From Balneolaceae bacterium (lineage in GTDB: Bacteria; Bacteroidota; Rhodothermia; Balneolales; Balneolaceae), in contig JBHJOO010000110.1 in assembly GCA_050329675.1 (NCBI GenBank), forward strand, positions 8,312 through 32,311: a stretch of DNA of 24,000 nucleotides. The letters run 5' to 3'. The position numbers were made by a program, and so were the translations under genes. The notes below the pieces were generated by a model that saw nothing but the letters and a program-made list of their open reading frames with translations, searched no databases and was not told the DNA's origin. Below, in pieces: positions 1-6,352 of this stretch (the first letter of the stretch is position 1; every line of letters begins with the position of its first letter).

Positions 1-528
1 GGGTATCAACTTGAAATATCAAATCAGACTTTAGCAAATTTACCGGCAACAGGTGCAAAAGTGAAACTTCTTGTTCATCATCACATAACTGAAAACGACC
101 AGAGATTATTTGGCTTTTGGTCAAAAAAAGAAAAAGATCTTTTTGAAAAATTAATTACTGTGAAAGGGATAGGCCCGAAACTCGGACTCACCATATTATC
201 GGGAATGGCTGCCCCGTCTTTATTGGAAGCCATTGTAAAAAAGGATCTGATGGCATTATCCGGAATTCCCGGTATTGGGAAAAAAACAGCGGAACGAATG
301 GTGCTTGAGTTAAAAGACAAGCTTTTTGATGAATTTGACTATCCGGGGACAACACAATCAGGCAACAGTGATATTTCATCCATAAGAGGAGAGGCTGTAT
401 CGGCCCTTGAAGCTCTCGGATTTAAAAAAAGGGATGCAGAGAAGGCGGTTATGAATGTAAAGGATACAGATATGGGAAATGATGTTTCTGGCGTTATAAA
501 AAAAGCATTGCTGAGCCTGAACAGGTAA
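1..528 (+). CDS. ruvA: Holliday junction branch migration complex subunit RuvA. The 5' end is cut by the window edge and frame 1 is open from base 1.
   Basis: Frame 1 reads GYQLEISNQTLANLPATGAKVKLLVHHHITENDQRLFGF, matching RuvA domain I. Two helix-hairpin-helix motifs follow (GIGPKLG, IPGIGKKTAERM). The C-terminal domain III-like segment is EAVSALEALGFKKRDAEKAV. The GTG at 61 in the ORF track is internal. Confidence 0.9.
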   Translation, partial: GYQLEISNQTLANLPATGAKVKLLVHHHITENDQRLFGFWSKKEKDLFEKLITVKGIGPKLGLTILSGMAAPSLLEAIVKKDLMALSGIPGIGKKTAERMVLELKDKLFDEFDYPGTTQSGNSDISSIRGEAVSALEALGFKKRDAEKAVMNVKDTDMGNDVSGVIKKALLSLNR

Positions 529-617
529 CAATTTCTTAATCTCTTCCGGTTTTTTATTGAAGCTTAGGGTTTGTAACATATATATATGTAAACCTAAAAT
601 TAAAAAATGGTGTAATC

Positions 618-1295
618 GTGAGTAAAAAAACCATACTTGTTGTAGATGATGAACAGGATTTATTGGATCTGATTGAGTACAATTTAAGAAAGGAGGGTTT
701 TGATGTGCTGAAAGCAGAGAATGGCGAAGACGGAATTAAAATTGCAAGGGAAAAAAATCCTGATCTTGTTCTGCTGGATGTAATGATGCCCAAGATGGAT
801 GGTATTGAAGTATGTGATCAGATCAGAAGTGATACATCGCTCCGGCATATTCCGATAATATTTCTTACAGCACGGAGTGATGAAAAAACCGAAGTGGAGG
901 GCTTAAATAAAGGAGGTGACGATTATATAACTAAACCAATCAGCACAACCAAGTTGATTTCAAGAATAAAGGCTGTACTTCGCCGGTTTGATGAAACAGA
1001 GGAAGAAATCAATAAACTTGAAGTACATGATCTCGAAATTGACAAAGACAGATATATAGTTATACGCCAAGGTGCAGAATATCAGCTGCCAAGGAAAGAG
1101 TTTGAACTTTTATACTATCTTGCGAGCCGAAAAGGGAGAGTTTTAGACCGCCAAAAACTATTAAATAAAGTTTGGGGAGATAATGTTTATGTTGTTGACA
1201 GAACAGTTGATGTGCATGTGAGAAAAATAAGGGAAAAACTTGGTGATCATTATATTGAAACAGTGAAAGGAGTAGGATACAGATTTAAAGAATGA
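618..1295 (+). CDS. OmpR/PhoB-family two-component response regulator (receiver domain plus winged-helix DNA-binding domain)
   Basis: The receiver signature is ILVVDDE ... DLVLLDVMMPKMDG ... ITKP. The C-terminal winged helix reads LPRKEFELLYYL ... TVDVHVRKIREKL ... VKGVGYRF. It uses a GTG start, and its stop overlaps the kinase start (ATGA at 1292-1295). Confidence 0.9.
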   Translation: MSKKTILVVDDEQDLLDLIEYNLRKEGFDVLKAENGEDGIKIAREKNPDLVLLDVMMPKMDGIEVCDQIRSDTSLRHIPIIFLTARSDEKTEVEGLNKGGDDYITKPISTTKLISRIKAVLRRFDETEEEINKLEVHDLEIDKDRYIVIRQGAEYQLPRKEFELLYYLASRKGRVLDRQKLLNKVWGDNVYVVDRTVDVHVRKIREKLGDHYIETVKGVGYRFKE

Positions 1296-2383
1296 GGGAA
1301 AAGGCGTTTATAAAAAAGCAATTTTCACCGCTATCTTTCAGGATTGCCCAAAAATCGTCCTTATTTAATGCATTTATATTTATACTACTGCTTAACCTGT
1401 TCACAGACCTGTCTTTTTCAGCTGCTTTATTCATTTCGCTTGGGGCGGCTTTAGTGTGCGGCATAGCTACATATTATTTCAATTATAAATTACATCATAA
1501 TAGATTATTAACTTTAGAGAGCATAACAAAAAATATTGCAAGAAAAAGATTTGATGACTATACCGGCTTAACCAATGACGATAATGATGAACTGGACAAA
1601 ATTGTTAAACAGGCCGTAAAAGCAAGCAGAACTGTTGAACGGGAAATTCAACGATTAAACAAGATTGAAAACTATCGAAAAGAATTTATCGGTGATATTT
1701 CCCATGAACTGAAAACACCCATCTTTGCTATCCAGGGTTTTGTGGAAACGTTGTTAAACGGAGCACTTGATGATGACGAGGTGAACAGGGTATTTCTTAA
1801 TAAAACAATGCGCAATGTAAATCGTCTGATTTTTTTAACCAAGGACTTGATGGAGATATCAAAACTTGAAACGGGTGAATTAAAAACCAATCTGCAGGAT
1901 ATATTTCTTTGGGATATTGTTTTTGACGTGGTTGAAAGCCTTCAGTATAAGGCTCAAAAAGAGGATGTGGATATCCATTTAGAGAATTTTGACAGAAATT
2001 TGCAGGTTTACGCTGATCGGAATCAGATCAGGCAGGTATTAATCAACCTGCTGGAAAATGGGATAAAATATAATCGTCCCGGAGGCCATGTTGAGATAAG
2101 CGTGGAAGAACAAAAGAATGATCCCTATAAAGTTATTGTACATGTCAAAGATACTGGAATTGGAATTGATTTCAGAGATATAACAAGAGTAACAGAAAGA
2201 TTCTTCAGGGTCGACAAATCACGCTCACGTGAGAAAGGCGGTACCGGATTAGGTCTGGCAATTGTTAAACATATTATTGAAGCACATGGAGAGAAGCTTA
2301 TTATTGACAGTACTCCAAATAAAGGATCATCTTTCAGCTTCACATTAACAAAATCTAAATATTTTACAAGCGGAAAAAAGTGA
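1292..2383 (+). CDS. Membrane-bound sensor histidine kinase (HisKA plus HATPase_c), partner of the upstream regulator
   Basis: Two N-terminal hydrophobic segments are present. The motifs are H-box ISHELKTP, N-box NLLENGIKYN, G1 DTGIGI and G2 GGTGLGLAIVK. The 4-nt ATGA overlap with the regulator suggests translational coupling. Confidence 0.9.
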   Translation: MREKAFIKKQFSPLSFRIAQKSSLFNAFIFILLLNLFTDLSFSAALFISLGAALVCGIATYYFNYKLHHNRLLTLESITKNIARKRFDDYTGLTNDDNDELDKIVKQAVKASRTVEREIQRLNKIENYRKEFIGDISHELKTPIFAIQGFVETLLNGALDDDEVNRVFLNKTMRNVNRLIFLTKDLMEISKLETGELKTNLQDIFLWDIVFDVVESLQYKAQKEDVDIHLENFDRNLQVYADRNQIRQVLINLLENGIKYNRPGGHVEISVEEQKNDPYKVIVHVKDTGIGIDFRDITRVTERFFRVDKSRSREKGGTGLGLAIVKHIIEAHGEKLIIDSTPNKGSSFSFTLTKSKYFTSGKK

Positions 2384-2427
2384 TTTTAAGCTTCTAAAGA
2401 ATAATTTGAATTAATAATCATGTTATT

Positions 2428-3504
2428 ATGATATATACAGTGGTAATGGCTGGTGGTACAGGAACACGTTTTTGGCCCAAAAGCACAAATGTTTTACCTA
2501 AACAATTTCTAAAGCTTTTTGGAGATAAAACAATGATTCAGTCAACAATCGACAGACTGAGTGGATTTATAAATATTGATAATTGCATGGTTGTTACAAA
2601 TAATAATTATGTAAATATTGTTAAGAAACAATTGCCTGAAATACCGGCCGATATGATCATTGGAGAGAAAATTGCAAAAAATACAGCTCCTTGTGTGGCA
2701 GCAGCAGCAGCAATCCTTAACAGGAAAGATCCGGATTCCGTTATGGTAGTTCTACCGGCTGATCATCATATAACAGAACCGGTACGCTTTAAGCAGGTTG
2801 TTAAAAGAGCAGTACTTGCAGCTCAAAATGATGAATCACTTGTAACGATTGGAATTAAGCCTGAACAACCGGAAACGGGTTATGGATATATTCATTTCGA
2901 TGAAAAAGAAAAAATAAATATAGAAGAAAGTGATGTTTATAAGGTAATTAATTTCACTGAAAAGCCTGATTTGGACACAGCAAAAAGATTTATTCAAACA
3001 GGAAATTATCTCTGGAACAGTGGCATGTTTGTGTGGAAAACATCTGCTATTCTAAAAGCATTTAAAAAACATATGCCACAGATTTACGAATTATCGGAAC
3101 AGATAATGGATTCGGATGATCTCCAAGGTGAAATAGATCTGTTTTATGAAGCGTGCCCTTCTGTTTCAATCGACTACGGTGTCATGGAAAAGGCAGATAA
3201 TGTACTTGTTGTTCCCGGGGAATTTGGGTGGAATGATGTTGGAAGCTGGAAAGCAGTGTATGAATTATCAGAGAAAGACGGCAACTCAAATTCAATCGAA
3301 GCGGAAAACTGTTTTGTCAAGGATTCTTTTGGTAATCTTGTTCAAAGTGATAATGGCAAGATAATTGCAGCTATCGGGGTAGAAAATCTGGCTATAGTTG
3401 AAACAGAGAAAGCTATTCTTATCTGTAATCTTGATCATGCCCAGGATGTTAAAACTGTTTTTGAATATTTAAAGTCAAAGGAAGGTCTTGACAAATTTCT
3501 TTAG
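2428..3504 (+). CDS. Mannose-1-phosphate guanylyltransferase (NTP-transferase family, without a C-terminal PMI/cupin domain)
   Basis: The N-terminal nucleotide-binding motif is VVMAGGTGTRFWPKS. Also present are LPADHHI, GYGYI, FTEKPD, YLWNSGMFVW and SIDYGVMEK, which are typical of GDP-mannose pyrophosphorylases. Confidence 0.85.
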   Translation: MIYTVVMAGGTGTRFWPKSTNVLPKQFLKLFGDKTMIQSTIDRLSGFINIDNCMVVTNNNYVNIVKKQLPEIPADMIIGEKIAKNTAPCVAAAAAILNRKDPDSVMVVLPADHHITEPVRFKQVVKRAVLAAQNDESLVTIGIKPEQPETGYGYIHFDEKEKINIEESDVYKVINFTEKPDLDTAKRFIQTGNYLWNSGMFVWKTSAILKAFKKHMPQIYELSEQIMDSDDLQGEIDLFYEACPSVSIDYGVMEKADNVLVVPGEFGWNDVGSWKAVYELSEKDGNSNSIEAENCFVKDSFGNLVQSDNGKIIAAIGVENLAIVETEKAILICNLDHAQDVKTVFEYLKSKEGLDKFL

Positions 3505-3549
3505 CCGTTACTATTCTTTGTAAATTTCACAATCATTATTTAGTTGTGT

Positions 3550-4323
3550 TTAAATTTTAATTTCAAGCATATCGTATGCCAGCCGCACATGCGACGGCAG
3601 TTTTTCATTCGTTTTTTTATGATTTACATAACTATTCATATGAACAAGAAAGGTTTGTGGTATTTTCAGTTCATCAGCCACATCAACAGCTTCTGGAATG
3701 GTCAGATGAGTGGGATGCGGTGGACTCCATCGCAGGCCACTTAAAACCAAAGTTTTAGAGCCAGAAATTAACTTCTTGGTATCTTCAGGTATTTTTTTTA
3801 CATCAGTTATATAAGAAAAATCATTAATTCTGTACCCGTTTACTTTTATGCTTCCGTGCGAAACAGGTAATGGTGTAATTGTTACATCCCCTATAATTAT
3901 CTGCTTTTCAATAATGTTTAAATCAATGGCTGCAGAACCCGGATATTTATTTTTGCCAAACAGATAATCAAAACGGGAACGAATCGCTTGAATGCCATTT
4001 TCTGTACTGTAAAGGGGAATGGTATCTTTTTGAGCATAATTATAGGCTCTGATGTCGTCTATACCGGCAATATGATCCATATGCTCATGAGTGATAAGTA
4101 TTAAGTCTATACGTTGTATACCGGACCGTATTGATTGTATTCTGAATTCTGGCCCTGCGTCAACAAGTATGGAAAGCCGGCCGGTTTGAACCCATACAGA
4201 ACATCTGGACCGTACATTTCTCGGATCACCACCCAGCTTCTCTTGCCCGAATCCACCGGCAACGGGAACACCCATTGATGTACCTGTTCCTAAAAAAGTT
4301 ACTTTCATAAAAGTATGTGACAA
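3550..4323 (-). CDS. MBL-fold metallo-hydrolase (PhnP/YycJ-like)
   Basis: The metal motif HEHMDH (HxHxDH) is present, along with the N-terminal MKVTFLGTGTSMGVP strand typical of the family. The true start may be the second Met (MKVTFLG, about 4308). Confidence 0.8.
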   Translation of the reverse strand: MSHTFMKVTFLGTGTSMGVPVAGGFGQEKLGGDPRNVRSRCSVWVQTGRLSILVDAGPEFRIQSIRSGIQRIDLILITHEHMDHIAGIDDIRAYNYAQKDTIPLYSTENGIQAIRSRFDYLFGKNKYPGSAAIDLNIIEKQIIIGDVTITPLPVSHGSIKVNGYRINDFSYITDVKKIPEDTKKLISGSKTLVLSGLRWSPPHPTHLTIPEAVDVADELKIPQTFLVHMNSYVNHKKTNEKLPSHVRLAYDMLEIKI

Positions 4324-4335
4324 CTCCCTGCCATT

Positions 4336-4611
4336 TTAATCTTTTTCTAAATTATCGAACCTTTCCCATAATTCAGCAAGATGTTTACGTACCAAAGGCT
4401 TAATATAAAGATCGTCAATGCCATTTTGATAAAGTATTTTGGCAAGAATTCCTGCTTGTGTCTCAAGGGGTTTATTTTTATTAATCAGTATAAGCTTCTC
4501 GCCTTCAACAAGGCATTGATCACCTCTGAATGTCCCCCGTTCTTTTCTGATCTCATAGCCGCATTGTTCGCAAAGTGATTCAATTTCAAGAAGTAATTTC
4601 TCAATTTTCAT
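4336..4611 (-). CDS. Hypothetical 91-aa cytoplasmic protein with no recognised family
   Basis: This is an intact ORF packed tightly between the beta-barrel gene (4-nt gap) and the MBL hydrolase (12-nt gap) on the same strand. It has no recognisable motifs beyond a CxxC (CEQC). Confidence 0.5.
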   Translation of the reverse strand: MKIEKLLLEIESLCEQCGYEIRKERGTFRGDQCLVEGEKLILINKNKPLETQAGILAKILYQNGIDDLYIKPLVRKHLAELWERFDNLEKD

Positions 4612-4615
4612 TTTT

Positions 4616-5356
4616 TTAAAATATAAATCCTATTGTTACACCATGACCAACGAAACGATTATCAAACCGGTCATCATCTACATCATAATCCCTGAAATCG
4701 AAATCATATCCAATGGCAAGACCATTATTTCCAAAGAAATTGTCAACAACAAAACGGAGTCGTCCCTGCATTGAATATAAAGTTCCTCCAAAGAAAGTTC
4801 CTCTTGCAGCACTAAAACCGACATTCGGTGTAAAACGCCCTGTTAACTGAAATCGATCTGTGAGTCGTACTGCGGAGTTAAATCCTGATCCTATTGAAAA
4901 AGATGTTTGTTCAAATTCAAAATCTGTGATATCTCTATTTATTCTTGTAAAATCAGTTGATATCTGTAGAGGTATTGCAAACCGGAAACCGGATGAGCGG
5001 TGTAATACAAAATCATTGTATAAGAGGCCCCTCAGGTTTACATAACTGTTGTTACTCATTCCGGTTGCTGATCCGCCAAGTCCTATATTTATATCTATTC
5101 CGGGATTCTCAAATTTAAAATTTAAAATATTATCATTAAAATCGAGACGGTCTCTTTCTGCCAACCCGGAACCCCTGAATGAAAAGTCGGCAAAATCCAG
5201 GCTTACACCAAGCATGCTAAAAAATCCGGGAGGACGCGCGCCTCTTTCCTCAACCTGACCAATTGAAAACATCTGTGCCTGAAGTGTTACCGGGATGCTA
5301 AATATCAGCAAAGTAAATAATAAAGGGATAAATAACGTATATTTATTTTCGTTCAT
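4616..5356 (-). CDS. Outer-membrane beta-barrel protein (porin-like, unknown substrate)
   Basis: The N-terminal signal peptide (LFIPLLFTLLIFSIPVTLQAQ) is followed by alternating amphipathic beta-strand patterns rich in G, F and R. The C-terminus ends in ...TIGFIF, with the terminal aromatic residue typical of BAM substrates. Confidence 0.6.
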   Translation of the reverse strand: MNENKYTLFIPLLFTLLIFSIPVTLQAQMFSIGQVEERGARPPGFFSMLGVSLDFADFSFRGSGLAERDRLDFNDNILNFKFENPGIDINIGLGGSATGMSNNSYVNLRGLLYNDFVLHRSSGFRFAIPLQISTDFTRINRDITDFEFEQTSFSIGSGFNSAVRLTDRFQLTGRFTPNVGFSAARGTFFGGTLYSMQGRLRFVVDNFFGNNGLAIGYDFDFRDYDVDDDRFDNRFVGHGVTIGFIF

Positions 5357-5408
5357 AGGAATGATTTCTGACGGGTTTCAGGTTAATTGAAAGTATAGGA
5401 TTAAAAAT

Positions 5409-5957
5409 ATGAAAATCATTATCACAATAATATCATTTTTAGTTATGATGAGTGTTAACGCAACTCAGGATAAAACAGTTTACGATTTTGAAATAACAAG
5501 CATTGATGGGAATCAAATTGATTTATATGATTACAAAGGAAAGGTTCTGTTGATTGTAAATACGGCATCTGAATGCGGCTATACGCCTCAATACGAAGCT
5601 CTTCAGGATATATATGACCGTTACAGGGACGATGGATTTGTAATAATTGGATTCCCGGCTAATAATTTTGGCGGACAGGAACCTGCAGATGATGAAGAAA
5701 TATTGCAGTTTTGTCAGATGAATTATGGAGTAACATTCCCTCTCTCAACAAAAGTTTCAGTAAAGGGTGATGATATTCATCCATTGTTCAGATATCTCAC
5801 AGAACAAGAGAATGATAGCTTTACTGGTGATATAAAATGGAATTTTGAAAAGTTTATAATTGACAAGGAAGGAAAGTTAATAAAAAGATTCAGGAGTAAT
5901 GTTAAACCGGACAGTAAGGAGATCATATCCTCAATAGAAAATGAAATAGGTGCATAA
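5409..5957 (+). CDS. Glutathione peroxidase family protein (Cys-type) with an N-terminal signal-like segment
   Basis: The GPx motifs are LIVNTASECGYTPQY (catalytic Cys), FPANNFGGQEP and IKWNFEKFIIDKEG. The hydrophobic N-terminus is MKIIITIISFLVMMSVNA. Confidence 0.9.
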   Translation: MKIIITIISFLVMMSVNATQDKTVYDFEITSIDGNQIDLYDYKGKVLLIVNTASECGYTPQYEALQDIYDRYRDDGFVIIGFPANNFGGQEPADDEEILQFCQMNYGVTFPLSTKVSVKGDDIHPLFRYLTEQENDSFTGDIKWNFEKFIIDKEGKLIKRFRSNVKPDSKEIISSIENEIGA

Positions 5958-6038
5958 CACGTTTGTTTATTAATTTGATTCAGAGAATTTCTACCAAAGA
6001 CAGAGGGTAAAAGTATATTGAAAAAAAAATCATTAATG

Positions 6039-6068
6039 TTGACATCTGTCTCCAAAGCTCTTTATCTT
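6039..6068 (+). promoter_or_regulatory. Candidate sigma70-like promoter for the tRNA-like locus
   Basis: A perfect TTGACA at 6039-6044 is followed after 17-18 nt by TTATCT/TATCTT (6062-6068). This lies about 25 nt upstream of the first tRNA-like unit. The call rests on sequence pattern only. Confidence 0.3.
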
Positions 6069-6093
6069 ATTACTCTTTGTAGTAAGATGTATT

Positions 6094-6158
6094 GGTCCGG
6101 TAGTTCAGTTGGTTGGAACGTCCCGACATGAGATGTCGGGAAGGTCGAGGGTTCGAGT
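6094..6158 (+). pseudogene. Truncated 5' copy (positions 1-60) of the downstream tRNA-like gene, lacking the 3' T-stem and 3' acceptor strand
   Basis: Bases 6094-6158 are identical to 6203-6267 except for one substitution (G6115 versus A6224, in the D-loop). Identity ends exactly after the T-loop TTCGAGT, and the downstream sequence ATAGAGG cannot pair with GAGGG. Confidence 0.7.
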
Positions 6159-6202
6159 ATAGAGGATATAGTTTAGAAAAAGATTTGAAGTATTAAAAAA
6201 AT

Positions 6203-6280
6203 GGTCCGGTAGTTCAGTTGGTTAGAACGTCCCGACATGAGATGTCGGGAAGGTCGAGGGTTCGAGTCCCTTCCGGATCG
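6203..6280 (+). tRNA. Non-canonical tRNA-like gene with a tRNA-Asp-type class I body, a 7-bp anticodon stem and the loop AUGAGAU (anticodon GAG if read canonically). No CCA is encoded.
   Basis: I folded the cloverleaf by hand. The acceptor is GGTCCGG/CCGGATC (one G-U) with discriminator G, followed by U8. The D-arm is GTTC-AGTTGGTTA-GAAC, carrying G18 and G19. The variable loop is AGGTC, and the T-arm is GAGGG-TTCGAGT-CCCTT. The anticodon arm is TCCCGAC-ATGAGAT-GTCGGGA (6230-6250), 2 bp longer than standard. It could also be drawn as a 9-bp stem with a GAG triloop. Confidence 0.6.
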
Positions 6281-6352
6281 CAAAAGCCAAATTAATTCAG
6301 TTTAAAGCGGTTTTTTTGTTCTATATAATACCTGTTCATCTATAGATTATTT

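Noticed and set aside
3544-3758. Two overlapping plus-strand ORFs (66 and 60 aa) at the 3' end of the MBL hydrolase gene
   Set aside because: They are antisense to a well-supported CDS and overlap each other in different frames. Neither has a ribosome-binding context or a recognisable domain.
5409-5957. A selenocysteine-containing glutathione peroxidase
   Set aside because: The catalytic position is an ordinary Cys codon (ASECGYT). There is no in-frame TGA and no SECIS-like hairpin.
6094-6280. The partial tRNA duplication as the attL/attR scar of an integrated prophage or genomic island
   Set aside because: The two copies are only 44 nt apart. The duplicated part is the 5' two-thirds of the tRNA rather than the 3' end. 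No integrase, excisionase or foreign-looking cargo is present anywhere nearby.
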